Shown: positions 15,412-28,700 of the stretch, piece after piece
Layout of the letters: every line of letters begins with the position of its first letter
Position numbering within the stretch: the stretch's first letter is position 1
Source of the DNA: Felis catus
Taxonomy: Eukaryota
Direction of reading: 5' to 3'
Assembly: GCF_018350175.1 (NCBI RefSeq)
Contig: NC_058368.1
Location: 122,080,001-122,144,000, forward strand
Length of the DNA stretch: 64,000 bases
Translations under genes and position numbers: made by a program
Notes under the pieces: generated by a model
The model's input: only the letters and a program-made list of their open reading frames with translations
The model's database searches: none
Told to the model about the DNA's origin: nothing

Positions 15412-15860
15412 AAAATTATTCCACTAGAGACATTGGAAACTTTTTCACTTGGGCTCCTGTGTCCCTTTGACATATTCCCATCAGTGTATTTTTTTTTTCG
15501 AGCACTTCCTTACATTTTGGCACTAAAAAAGGCTCTAGCCTCATCTTGTAGATTTCTTTCCTTAGTCCCAGAATCACACATATCTGGAAGGATTCCTGGT
15601 TCCTTTCATTGGACAATGGTTTTAGAAATCAAGATGTGGGTGCTAGTTGTAACTGTTGCTACTGGGGTGTCATTTTTTTAGGCTTTCTCAAATGACAAAG
15701 AAATAAGTATATGTACATAAGCTCATGCATACACACATTTATAAATGTTTCTTTATATAATCAGGTATTTCTCTATAAAGTTCAAGATGAGTTCTGATGT
15801 CTCCAACTCCAATTCGTCACCACATGGACCATCTAACCTCCTATTCTTGATCCAGTAATC
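14630..15860 (-). mobile_element. Old L1M (L1MC-like) 3-prime fragment
   Basis: Diverged T-rich sequence with typical L1MC antisense motifs (AATGTCCTTTTTCTG, TTTAGAAATCAAGATGTGGGTGCTAG). Confidence 0.6.
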
Positions 15861-18800
15861 AGAAATGATTGTAAGCTTTTTAAAGACAGGAGTAGTGCCT
15901 TAATTCATTGTGATATCCCAAGTGTAATGCTTGGCACATAGAGTGCACACGTGGACTTGCGGTCCCAATAATTTCAATTCTGGAAGGGAATACAGATAAA
16001 TTTGCAAACGCTACCCAATAGAGATTTCAAAGACTAAAATCACAACGATTTATTAGGGCAACAGTGTAAGAGGGTGCATAACAAAGGTCTGATTTAAGTG
16101 TGTTTATTCAACTCTGTGAAGGGAAAATGACAGCAATGCATCCAAGCTATGCAAAAAGGATTCAGGATTCCTTGAAAGGGATTCAAGTGGCATAAAATGG
16201 TTTGTTTCCCCACAGCAATTTACATTTATTAAAATAGCTAATAGGCATAATCATTGTCAAAATAGAGCTTCCACCCTGTGTAATGTCTTAATATATTCTC
16301 GAAGTTCCTGACAAACAGGCACAAAGCCACGGCAGATTAGACTCTAAGTGGAGGATCACTCTAATAGCACAGCAGAAAAACCAATCTCACACTTCTGGGA
16401 AGGAAAATAAGACCTGAGAACAGCCTTTGAAGGTGAAGGGTAAAGTACAAAGGCGAAGGTGCTACAGTAGTGCATCAGCTAGAAGGGGAATGGGCTCTAA
16501 TGTGACACTCTGCATTAATGATGCTAATTTATGTCTGGGTAAGTGTGTGTGCATGACACAGAGGAAAAGTGAAGAGGTCTCTATTATACCACGGAGAAGC
16601 TCATCTCAAATCTCTTGGAAGGGTACGTGCTTTACCCGGGAACTGCCTCACATGGGCATATATTATGTAGATTCTGTGTCAGTTTCATATGAACAAATCA
16701 CTCGTCTCCTTAAATCTATTCTGGAGCATTTCCAATCTGTTCTTTACACTGCAGCCACAATGATCTTTTTGAAACACAAATGTGGTTGTTGCTCCTCATA
16801 GTCCTACATTTAAACATTTTACTGCTTCTCTTTATTCATAGGGTAAAAAATTCATAGGTCCTCTTACTCCTTCAAGGCTCTCTGCAAGATACGTCTTCTA
16901 ATGCCAGTCCTGTGGGAACTCAAGCCACATGGGGCATCATTCACTTGCCTGGACACACACTCTCTCTGTGCTACTGCTATAGGGCCCTTGTCCATGTAGT
17001 TCTCTCTACCAGCATCATCCCTCCACAGCCAACTGCTACTGTGGCATTAGGATTTAGTTCTATCACCCCTTCACCAGGGAAGCTTTCCCTGTCTGGGTCC
17101 AAAAGCCTTTTACACACTCCCCCAGCACCACAAGCTCTTCCTTTACAGTGCCTGTCACAGCTACAACTGTCTAATCATCTTTATTATTCTTGATTAATGT
17201 ATTTCCCCAGAGGGGCTCTTACTCCATATCCGTGGCACCTAACCCCATGCCTGGCACATACTAAGGGCCCAATAAAGTATGCACTGAATCAACAAATGAA
17301 AAGTGACCAGTGCATTCACCCATGCTACTGCTAAGGCTTTCCTGAACATTAAGGCTCCTCTTTAGACTCTGAAGAATATGTCATTTCACACAGAAATTTG
17401 GTGGGTCACCCTTGTGATGAGTATAGGAAATACACTCTGCTAGGCTTTAGTAGCTTCTACAAAAACAGGAGGTCCTTTTTATCACAAGAGTTATTAATGC
17501 AATGAAATGAATGTTTATTAATACATTACATGCATTGTATGGAAGTGGACATTAACGGGATGTGAAAAAACAACCCTGCCCAGAAAACGTCAGCTATGGT
17601 GCTTATTATCTACTAATACTAATACTTAAGATTATTTTTATCAAGTAATTTTGATTTATCTCACAATATTCCAAATGCTACCATTGGTTTTCAAACTCTA
17701 ATCATTGTGTCTGTTTTTCACTCAACAAATATTTACTGAGCATATTTATTACATGCCAGTCACTGTGTTAGACCCAACTGAGCAAGAGACCCAAGGTGCT
17801 TGCCCCAAGTGGAAGGAGACAGCCAATACAGATTGATAGTCATTTCAGATTAGTGTGATGCTGATAAGGAAGAAGTCATGTTATATGTGAGTGACATAAT
17901 TTCCACTGTTTCAGCATGATCTTAAGCAATCCAAAGGCTCATTGGGGTAACCTACATCATTACTGCTCTGTGATATCAAGTAGATCACGGAGTTTTCACC
18001 TGACGAGTGATTAGAGGATTCTACGTTTTAACGTCACGGTCTCCCATAAGGATTTAAATGTATTCATTCCCTCTATTTAAATAAATGACTAGGGAAAACA
18101 CAAGGTTTATCTTTTCTGAGGAGTCGCTATACTCCCCCAAAATCTCTACTGCCAGTTTTGATGTACCCCAAAAGATCAGAGTGTCTTATCCTCTAAGATG
18201 TATATCTCAACAGAGCATCTATTTCATGGCAAGAGATTTTTCATTTGGTTTTAGTGATAAGTAATTCAAGAAGTAGTTAGTGGCACAGAAATCTTAAAGA
18301 CATGGATGGAGAGATAGTAAAGTTGACACAGACTGAATCAAGACTCTCTTCATAAGGATTATAAGCTTTGAGACCTAGGACAGTGTTGGCAGCATAACTG
18401 GTCCTCAATAACTATGGGTTAAATATTGCTGGATGAAGGATGACACTTTGAGAAAATTAGTTGAAGCATGGGACCATAGTGAAGAGGAAAGATAAAAGCT
18501 AATATTGAAGTGGTTGGCTTATCAAGAGGAAAAGCCACAGAGAAAGGACCCCAAGAACAGTATCCCTTTCGTTTCCTTTTGACCAAGGCCCTGGACTCCT
18601 AAGTGGTTGGTCAGGAAGCTGGGAGAATCTCAGAACAGACAAATGGCAGCTCTGAGGAGCCACCGCTCAAGACTAATGCTGTAGCCTATTGTCTTCAATG
18701 GAGAAGAACAATCAGCAGATTGATAAATTCTTCTGTTTACACTCCTGAACAAATAAACTAATTGCATCTTTGTTTTTAACCTAACAAATCATAGCTTCAT

Positions 18801-19286
18801 TACAGGTCATTAGTGACCATTAATACACAGAACTGTTTGCATTTCACTGGTATATCTGAATTACAGTCTTGCCTCGCACACCAGCTCAATCAAGCTTCCA
18901 AAGGGAAACCCCGTTATCAGGCCTCAAGTGGGACTAAAAACAAACTAACAATTAGCCTCTGCAATTGAACTGTGATGCAGAAGAATTCATTATTTTGGTT
19001 CACTGTTGAACTAGCCATTCCCTTTGTAGTGCAGACAGGCTCTTTGGGCCCAAAGAGTAAGCAACCACCTCTCTGAACATTTTCAATTATTCTCAATGAC
19101 AGCTAATGTTGTACTGGCCAGCAACACAACCCTGTTTGGGTGGTACCAGTACAGGCAGTCCTAAATTCATAGCACAGTGGCTGATTAGAGTGCAGGTAAT
19201 AGCAAGGAGCACATTGGGGATTGTCAGAAATATCAAGGGACAGGAACAGAATCTATATGGCAAAAAAAGGGGAGGCAGGGTAGAGA

Positions 19287-19288
<2 letters not shown>

Positions 19289-19327
<39 letters not shown>

Positions 19328-19336
19328 TATATATAT
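19289..19336. repeat. (AC)n(AT)n microsatellite
   Basis: Seen directly; interrupted on the right by a 78-bp insert. Confidence 0.95.
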
Positions 19337-19916
19337 TCTTTTTATCATATGAGTTATTAATGCAATGAAATGAAGGTTTATTAATACATTACATGCATTG
19401 TATGGAAGTGGACATATATATATGCATATAGTACATCCACTCACACATCAACTAGGTGGTCCAGAATTTTAAAAAGTCCACTTGAGGCTTTGGATTATCT
19501 ATACGAAAAGCCAAGACACTTGAACTGGATCATTGCCAAGCCTCTACTTCATCTTGTGTTAAGCAGTCACGGAGGTGCATGAAGTGATTAACAGAGATGA
19601 ACGATCTCAGAAACATCTGAGGACTTTCTAACATACCAATTGCTATTTGGGGGCAAATCCATGGTCCATGTTATCTACTGTTTTGTTGCTTCAAAAAATG
19701 TCCCCCAGGGAAGGCCATGTTTGGCTATGAATGTGCAAAGGCCATAGAATGAGAGGAGTTGCTAACAAGGCAAGCGATGGCAGCCATACGCTGCCGAAGC
19801 CATTTTTATTTTTTATTCTAGGCTCACTACCGAGCACATGACTCATGCTTCAGCTCAACATGTACAAGGACACTCTAGCATCCTATGCAGTTTAAAAAGC
19901 TCTTTCAAATGAGTTA

Positions 19917-20402
19917 TCCAAACCACAATGAGATACCACCTCACACCATTCAGAATGGCTGAAATTAACAACTCAGGCAACCACAGATGTTGCCAAGGAT
20001 GCGGAGAAGGAGGAATCCTTTTGCACTTGCTGGTGGAAATGCAAACTGGTGCAGCCACTCAGGAAAACAGTATGCAGGTTCCTCAAAAAATTAAAAATAG
20101 AACTACCCTATGACCCAGCAATCGCATTACTAGGTATTTATCCAAGAGATACAGGTATGCTGTTTCAGAGGAGCATATGCACCCCATTGTTTATAGCAGC
20201 ACTATCAACAATAGCCAAAGTATGGAAAGAGTCCAAATGTCCAACAACAGATACATGGATAAAGAAGATGTGGTATATATATATACAATGCAGTATTAAT
20301 CGGTGATCAAAAAGAATGAAATCATGACATTTGCAACAACATGGATGAAGCTGGAGTGTATTATGCTAAGCGAAATTAGTCAGAGAAAGACAAATATCAT
20401 AT
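19917..20402 (+). mobile_element. Carnivore L1 fragment (end of ORF2), truncated at both ends
   Basis: Frameshifted L1 ORF2 peptides MRYHLTP..., LKKLKIELPYDPAIALLGIYP, FATTWMKLECIMLSEISQ. Confidence 0.93.
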
Positions 20403-21237
20403 GTCAAGACGGACTTTTCCCTGAAGTCACCCAACTGCTAAGTAACTCAGGTAGGATGAACCCGTTATCTTCTGGTCACACCACTGTCCCTACATGGGGA
20501 CACTTTTCATTCTTCCTCATATCATCTGACTCCCTCTCCTCAGCCTCCAGGCCTCAGAAGACCATGTCTTTTTTCATGAGCTCTCCACTGAGTCCTCTTA
20601 CATCATCTCACAGTCCCTTGTACGTCCCCATCACAGGACGTCTCATACTGCATTGTATTTACTTGTTGTCCTGTGTCCCTACTGGTCTGTAAGTTCCTGA
20701 AGGGAAGAGTCCAGGTGTGTGTACTACCCCTCTGTATCCCAATGCAGAGTTCAGCCCCGGGCACCTAAGTGCTCAATAAATACTTAATCAATGAAAGGTT
20801 ATATGGCAGCCTCCTTTCAAACCACTCTGCTGCTGCATACAACAGTATTGTTTCCCAGTGGAGCACCGTTTGGGAAGTCAGATAGTCGTAGATGGCTTTA
20901 TGCCCTTACACTGCTGTTAAATAACCTTAGCCTCATGATGAAAACTCAAGGCAACCTTAACTGAATTTTAATGGATTCCATTTCTGAAGAAAGTAGCTGA
21001 ACTTGTGAAAAAAAAAAAAAAAACCCTTGAAGTGATGCTTACATTATGTTAACACAAGCACATTCATTCATTTTATACCTCACACTCAATCACAGAGCTA
21101 TGAACAAGGCTTAGCCACAATCCCTCAGCATTTGGAAAAGGGCATTGCCTTTGTACTTCGAAAGGATTTTTCAGAAACAGTTGGACTTGATGAGGTGCGG
21201 TGAAAAGCAGTCTCTCTCCCAACAAGCTCTTTAAATT

Positions 21238-21453
21238 TTTTTTTAATGTTTATTTATTTTTGAAGGAAAGAGAGACAGAGTGTGAGGTGTTGGGGGTGGG
21301 GGCAGAGAGACAGGGAGACACAGAATCCGAAGCAGGCTCCAGGCTCTGAGCTGTCAGCACAGAGACCGATGCAGGGCTCGAACCCACAAACCTCAAGATC
21401 ATGACCTGGGCCGAAGCCGGACACCAAACCAACTGAGCCACCCAGGCACCCCC
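21238..21453 (-). mobile_element. SINEC_Fc-like SINE
   Basis: Full body; TSD CCAACAAGCTCTTTAAATT on both sides. Confidence 0.95.
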
Positions 21454-22124
21454 CCAACAAGCTCTTTAAATTCTGACTATGAACTGTCTCTTTCCCACTT
21501 GCTGCTCTTGTGCTTTTGGAAATTTTAAGCTGATACGACACAGGTCAGAAAAACATGACCAAACCACAAATATTTCAATCCCTCCCCTCCCTTCCCTCTT
21601 GGAGGAGGCAAGGAGGGCATCAAGGTTGACAGCTCCAGGGAAACCCATTTGAAGTCCGTCTAGTCTTATTTCATTAAAGCAGCAACTGAGGCCAAATCCA
21701 ATGAAACTCAGACGGCAGGTCAAAACCATATCAGAACATACTGAAAAGGTTACCTGGTTGCTATGTATGTAAGCAGGAATGTAAGAAAGGCACATTGAAA
21801 TTACAACAGATATAAACTGTTTATTAAAATAGGTCAGACAGAAAAGTGGAGAATCTTTCTCTAGCAAGGAAAGAGTTCAACCCCACCTCCGATCACAAAC
21901 ACCCCAAGGTATTATATGAAAACAAAGCCTCTTCTCTTATATAAAAAAGCACATTAAGAACCTGTCCAGAGTCTATATAGGGTAACACGAAGGCCGCATG
22001 ATTCCCTTGGGACACCAAAGCCTGACCCTTATCTATAAGCCGACGGAGAATATATATAAACGTATATACATATATAAATACACACACACATCTGCTCCTT
22101 ATTTTTTTCTCCCTTTAAGTCTTT

Positions 22125-22332
22125 TTTTTTTTTTTTGACGTTTATTTATTGTTGAGAGACAGAGAGTGCAAGCAGCAGAGGGACAGAGGGAGAGGGAGAC
22201 ACAGAATCCAAAGCAGGCTCCAGGCTCTGATCTGTCAGCACAGAGCCCTATGTGGAGCTCAAACCCACAAATCACAAGGTCATGGTCTGAGCCAAAGTCA
22301 AACACTCAACCAAGTGAGCCACACAGGCGCCC
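22125..22332 (-). mobile_element. SINEC_Fc-like SINE
   Basis: Full body; TSD CTCCCTTTAAGTCTTT. Confidence 0.95.
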
Positions 22333-22790
22333 CTCCCTTTAAGTCTTTGACCACATTTTTCATTTCATTTTCCTAGAGTAAACGTTTATCTGGAAACTCT
22401 TCTTTCCCCATACCATTTCTTAAAGGTCTTACTCTTCAATCTGACTCACAGTTGTTATCTATCTCTGTTACAAACTCCACCTCAAGAGAGAATTCTGATG
22501 ATTCTTTTTTTTCAGTAACAGTTAGAGTTCTTATGTAAGATGTTATTGCCCAGGGCCCTGAAACACAGTCAAATGAGGAGGCTGTAAAGCTCAACAGTCT
22601 CACCACATAGTTTCAAGAAATGAATAAAACAAAGCTAGTAGAAAAGCCTTCCTGCTACTTCATCCCAATCATGTGGGATGACTCCTACTTATACTAATAG
22701 GACCTTCAAGCATTTAATACAGGTAAGAAGTTACTGTTTTTCCCAAATTGTCATGTCTAGATTTCCCTTCTAATTCAAAATTATCATTTA

Positions 22791-23002
22791 GGGGGCGCGT
22801 GGGTGGCTCAGGCAGTTAAGCATCTGACTTCAGCTCAGGTCATGATCTCCTGGTGGGTTCAAGCCCCGTGTCGGGCTCTGTGCTGACAGCTCAGAGCCTG
22901 GAGCCTGCTTCGGATTCTGGGTCTCCCTTTCTTTCTCTGTCCCTCCCCTGCTAATTCTCTGCCTCTCTCTCAAAAATAAATAAACATTAAATTTTTTTTT
23001 AA
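22791..23002 (+). mobile_element. SINEC_Fc-like SINE
   Basis: Full body; TSD AAAATTATCATTTAG. Confidence 0.95.
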
Positions 23003-23441
23003 AAAATTATCATTTAGTAAGGCCATTCATTCTTCATTATACACAAACTAAGAAGCTCTTGTCTCTTTCTTCACCTACTGACCCAACCATTTTTCTCTGT
23101 TAGAGCAGTTAATGTATCTGTCTGGTTCTCTAGCTTGCTCTACATACACTATTAGCATCTTATACAGCAGGGTCCATTCATACAGAGCCACACCTCTTTC
23201 CTGGTAATTTTATAACCAGTCATCACTTGTTATTGCTGTGTACGAACAACACATTTCATCAAAACATGTTCTTAGTTCTTAAAACAGTAAGTCCAACAGT
23301 GCTTACTATCTATACTTTCTTTTTAATATGTGAAGGAACTGATTTGAGCCCCCAGAACCACTTTTAAGCAAATGGAACTGTTCGACACTTCCATGTTGCT
23401 ATTTTATTAAGAACAGTAGGTATAAATAGTAATACTAATAC

Positions 23442-23478
23442 CTTTATTTCCATAGGTGCTTTCATCTGGATAGTTCAT
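23442..23478 (-). CDS. PPP2R2B: Alternative first coding segment MNYPDESTYGNK (12 codons plus 1 nt, phase 1) within an 85-nt exon at 23442-23526
   Basis: ATG AAC TAT CCA GAT GAA AGC ACC TAT GGA AAT AAA G|GTATTA; acceptor CCCCCTGTTTGTCACAG|G at 23527/23526. Same phase as the Bbeta1 donor. Resembles the recalled human isoform start MNYPDENTYGNK. Confidence 0.85.
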
Positions 23479-23754
23479 GCTTCATTATTGTGCCACTATT
23501 CTCTGTCTTGGGTTCTCCCTTGGCTCCTGTGACAAACAGGGGGTTCAGATCCAGACTCCAGGAGGTAGTGATGCTTCAATTTTTGGTTATATACAGGTGC
23601 ATTACACACTCCCCAAGCCCCCACTATAGCCTCTTTGAGGTTACTCCTCGTATGTCAAAATCAAGGCTAATATGGTAACACAGCCACACTATAAAAACTC
23701 TCTATGCTTCAGCCTTCTCACCTGGAAGTGGGCTGTCTTTGGGTTTTGCAGACC

Positions 23755-23935
23755 CGGGGTTCTCAAAGAGTTGCTTTCTTTCAACCAGCAGCAGTGGCTC
23801 TAGCTGGGCCACCACTAGAAAGCAAATTTTTTGGCTCTTTCCCAGTATTATTTATTTAGAAACTCTGGGAGGAGCCTAGCAATATGCAATTAACAGACAC
23901 TTCAGGTGATTCTAATAAACATTCAAGTTGAAAAC
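23755..23935 (+). mobile_element. MER5A-like DNA transposon
   Basis: GGTTCTCAAA ... CAGCAGCAG ... AGGTGATTCTAAT ... AAGTTGAAAAC. Confidence 0.6.
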
Positions 23936-24669
23936 AGAAGGCAGAAGGCATATAAGGAGTTTTGAGGAGACTGGGGCGGTGTTAGGGGAGTAGCCTTCAT
24001 GTACTTCAAGAGGGATCATGTACACTAGGATACAAAGCTTCACAGTGTAGGGCTAAAAGCAATGGGTTAAAAAAAAAAAGACTGCTCTGGTACACATAAC
24101 TTTTAAGCAACTGGACGCATTCACCAACAGGAACAGGTTGGTGTCACTGGTTAGAAGAGCCTCCCTTCTCTCCAAGAGAATCTATGAATAAGACAATACA
24201 AGAAGAAGTTCTAAAATAAAGCTACAAGATTTTTAAAAAAAACAACAAAATTAAGCCTTAAAAAGAAGCTTCAGAATACCACTAATATAGAAAGAGAAAT
24301 TTATAATTAACTTATTATCATTACTTTTTAAATATCTCAATGCTATTACCTTTAAAAACCATCCTATTGATGGTACATAGAGTAGATAATGGGTTTTCAT
24401 TTCCCAGTGTTTTATTTCATGTTCAGAAAAGAGCAGCAGTTTGGCTTAGACTCTCACAGGGTTCCATATATTATTATATGAGATTATACTTATTACTTAA
24501 AAGAGATAAATCACCACCATCCAGATCTGGTACTGGATCAAAGATTAAGGTTACAGTGTTATTTCCTCCACTGTTTTGTAATGAAAACAACCACCTTGTG
24601 ACAGTAATGATTCTGTTTTAGGATATAGATGAATGAACTAATATTAATGTAAATACAACCTAACATTAT

Positions 24670-24895
24670 TTAGCAGTTACTGCACACTATGCACCTGGAA
24701 TTATCCTGAGTACATCACATACACTGTCATATTTAATACTCACACCAACCTTGGGAAATTAAGCATTGTTATCTGTATTTTATAGAGGAGGCAACTGTGC
24801 TTAGGAAGGATAAACCATGTGCCCAAGGTCACAGAGCTGGCAAGTGATGGAGCCAGAATACAAACCTAGTGGTTTCCAGAGTCAGTGTTCTCCAC
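24670..24895 (-). mobile_element. MIR
   Basis: MIR core: ATTTTATAGAGGAGGCAACTG ... CCCAAGGTCACAGAGCTGGCAAGTGATGGAGCCAGAA. Confidence 0.75.
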
Positions 24896-25542
24896 TGGTT
24901 AAGTATAATTTTTAGTATAAGCCTAAACTCTAGGGATTTGGAAAGAGAAAGAATGTATGGTACAGTGCAAATAATACTTATAACCAGTTAGGGCTTCTAG
25001 AAATACTCAAGAGAGCCAAACAACCACTTACTCAATGTTTAATCTATGCCAGGTACTGAACTAACTGCTGTACCATTTCACTAATCCTTATAACAACCAT
25101 AGAAGGTAGTTACTAGTACTGTCCCAATTTTCCATATGGGCAATTATGGTTCAAGGACTTAAGTAATAAGCCCATCTTAATAAAGGATTCATTGTTCACA
25201 TATTTAAATGGAAATGAAGCAAAAGAAGTACACATAAGCATGTAAAAAATCACTCTGTAAATGGAGCTTCGCTACCCTTATGTTTCCAGGGATAAGAATG
25301 GTGTTAGTGATAATTCATCCATTCTTTCTTATCTATTTTCTCACTTGCTCTAAATGGCAGATATTCAAGAGTTATATATTTGGGTGTAGTATGCAGTATT
25401 GAAACAAAATTAAGTCTACTGCCTTCTCCACATCTTTAGACACACAAACTCCAGCTCTCTGGGGCTTCCAAGGAAGAGAGTGGCCTCAACACCCTTCCAT
25501 TTGGAATAGTAACAATGAATGACCTTAGAAATGAGACATACC

Positions 25543-25747
25543 CAGGGTGCCTGAGTGGCTCAGTTTGTTAAGGGTCCAACTCTTGATTTCAGCTCAGATC
25601 ATGATCTCACAGTTCATTGGTTCTCCCCCCGCATTGGGCTCTGAACTGATAGTGTGGAGCCTGCATGGGATTTTCTGTCTCCTTCTCTCTCTGCCTTTCC
25701 CCCACTCATTCTCTCAAAATAAAAAAAAAAAAACTTTAAAAAAAAAG
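25543..25747 (+). mobile_element. Can-SINE
   Basis: GGGTGCCTGAGTGGCTCAG head, A tail; TSD GAAATGAGACA. Confidence 0.9.
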
Positions 25748-28700
25748 GAAATGAGACAAACCCCACACCCAATGACATACCAAGTTGCTCCCCCAAAGAA
25801 CCTTGTGCTAAGGATGTAGGTGGCCAACATCTTGCAGAGAGAATCAGCAACAATGAACACTTTTTTCCAAGAATGCAAAATTTCATCCAGTTGGGAGTTC
25901 AGTGGAAGTTGATTTAGTGTTGTAACATCATGGGAAAAGCTCTATTTCAGGGATCAGAATCTCTGCACTTCCATTTTGTCTCCACCACACACCAGGTATG
26001 TGATCATGGGCAAGTTAATTCCACTAAATTTCAGTTTTTGTACCGAGGAAATGAGAAATAAACTCATTCTCCAATTTTTCTGTGCAGAGTGAACAAGAGC
26101 CGTGAAAATCATTTTGTAGAAATACAAAGCCCCTTCACAGGTGTAAGATGGCATTACTATTTTATGCAACTCTTTCCTTGGCTAAAATTTGGCCACTAAC
26201 CTATCAACCTGGCTAACCCAAGTTAGCTTACAGACTAAATTAAAAGACAAGAGGAAGAGGGACTGTTTAAACATGATAGTCATCAGCTGTACCAAGGACA
26301 TCTGTGGAACTGTTTGCTCAGTTGTTGTGATGGTTAAGAGGGATTCGTTTCCATTGGCCTTACTTCCCTATAAGCTTGGCAAATCTCCAGATCAGTGAAG
26401 GTCAGCATGAAATAGCCTGAGAAACCTTCCCGTGCAAGCAAAAAGGATCACCACCAAACCATTATGTCACTACACACAGGACAGAGACACTCTCAGCAGC
26501 TCAAAGGGTGGCTCAATGTATCTTGCCAAAGATGCCTTTAGGTTCCTATTCCAATTTCAAGGTGCTGACTTAATCTCTTTTGCATGTCTACATGAGAGAG
26601 TAGAATTTGGTCTCTATGTATATTAGTTGAAACAGCAGTGAAAGGTGATAGTGTGAAGGACATTTTTAAGCAAGGAGAAAAAAAGGAGATTCCATCTTGA
26701 GTTACACGTGGAGACATGAATCAAAGATAGTATGCAACACTATTGACTATTTTTATACTCTTAGTGGGAGGATTCAACCTAGAGATGCAAAAGCAAAGAG
26801 GTGAAAAAGAAACAATTCCTTTGGTGCTTTTATGTTTATCTTGGACCCTGGTTTCCCCTCAAGGTATCAGAAAGATTAAAATGGCTTTGTGATGTGACAC
26901 CATCATGCTCCGTTTCCTTTTACAGTTCTTTTCTTAAAATATTTTGTAGGTTAACACAAATGGGTAAAGCCAAAGCAAAGATTAGGAATGTATATTTTCC
27001 TTGGATCCATACTTGGGAAGGCATGTTCCTCCTTTCAAGTCACTAGTTGTGGGGCTGTGAAGCTGACTGATTGATTGCCTAAACTCCTGCTCTAGAGCAA
27101 TTTACTTTCAGGACACCAAAAACAGAGGTTATGGAGGTTGCTTAGACCATATCAATGGCTGGGAAGGAAACCGAGGCTTCTCAGACATAAAACATACCAT
27201 ACTTTCCAAAGCCAGCATCATTTTCATGGGTGGATGTTGGTATTTTCAGGCCTACATTTCTCTGACAAAACATACCTATAATCCATCACTAGCAGCCACA
27301 CTGCAATATACTACACTTGACCAACTGCCGCCATATGCAGACCTCTCCAGTAGGGTCTGGTCGTCAGAAATCCACTGATTAAGCATTTAAAGACTGCCTT
27401 TGGAAAAACATGCCAGGAATTCCTTCAGGATAATTAAAACCAATTTCTGTGTCAATAAACACAGATTGCAAGATCTTTCATGTGCAGAGGGGCTGGCTCT
27501 GACCTGCAGGCTCTAGGACATTTTTTCTAAGATGGCTTTTCCATAATTGCAGCAGATTTTCACGGACTCATCCAGAGCCTTTCCTAGCCCCCTTATGAAA
27601 CGATTGGCTGAGGTCAGAGAGATCATCTTACCTTTACTATTTCAACCTAGACACAGGACCTCAAGACCACAGTGGCTCTGAACCTAAGGACCAATTCCAT
27701 TGCCAAAGCCCTTTCACACAGACCTATAGGTAAGAGAACTTGAATGGAATTCTTATTACAGAATTTGACTGTTACTAGTCTTCACTTATCACTACTCTTC
27801 CAGGGTTCACAGTGATTTTCAACTGAAGAATTATTAATTTTACTTCAAAGTAAAAGGAAGAACTCAGGTGGGTATTTATTACACTGATAACCACAGTCTT
27901 GTTCTTTGCACCCAATAGATACTCTATGAATTGTTTTTCACCATGACAGCTTTATTGTTTCTATTGTGTAAACAATGCTTATACATATTGAAATTGTCAT
28001 ACATTAGAAAATATAAATATTAAGAATTAAGATTTCATCAGCCTGAGATAACCATTATTAATAATCTACTAGCCATTCTTTCCGTGGAATTCTTTATGTA
28101 CACACACAGAAGTTTACGGAAAAGGAATCATATTATACATGCTCCTCTTATCATGGATGTGGCTACCTTCAATTTTGTAATAGTCCTATTTATGTATTTT
28201 TTCTCTCCTCCCCTTATAACCTGATGTTAATAAACTTTTATATATTTTTTCACAGTTATATCATCATATACCAACTTGGATAGCATGAATGAGGTTTCAT
28301 TTGCTCAATCAATACCTGAAGGGTTAAAGAGTAAAATAAAAAAACAAACACATAAACAAACAAATGAATGAAAGAATAGGCTATGCTCGTAATTAGCTGG
28401 TATAATTTCCAAGTGGCTGCAATATAGCACATCTTTAAATTCCAGTTGGGGGTAGGAGAATCTAGCTTGAACATGTCTGGATAGAGCCGTAAGTTTAAGC
28501 TCCTGAGTAAAGAATATGTACCTGGCTGCTGTCCTAACTACAGAGACATTACCAATCTATTCTCCTACTCAAATCAAGTTCAAAACCACTTACTAAGCAC
28601 CTGTGTGCAAAGCACTGCACTGTCCTCTGTAGAATAAACTAAGGAAGTAAAGGCGTGAGGAATGTCTTCCAGGAGTTTCTTTCTAGCTGGAGAGAAAATG

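Noticed and set aside
21250..21541. Similar short ORFs recurring across the window (MAQ...SEPGACFGFCVSLSL)
   Set aside because: Translations of Can-SINE copies, not a gene family.
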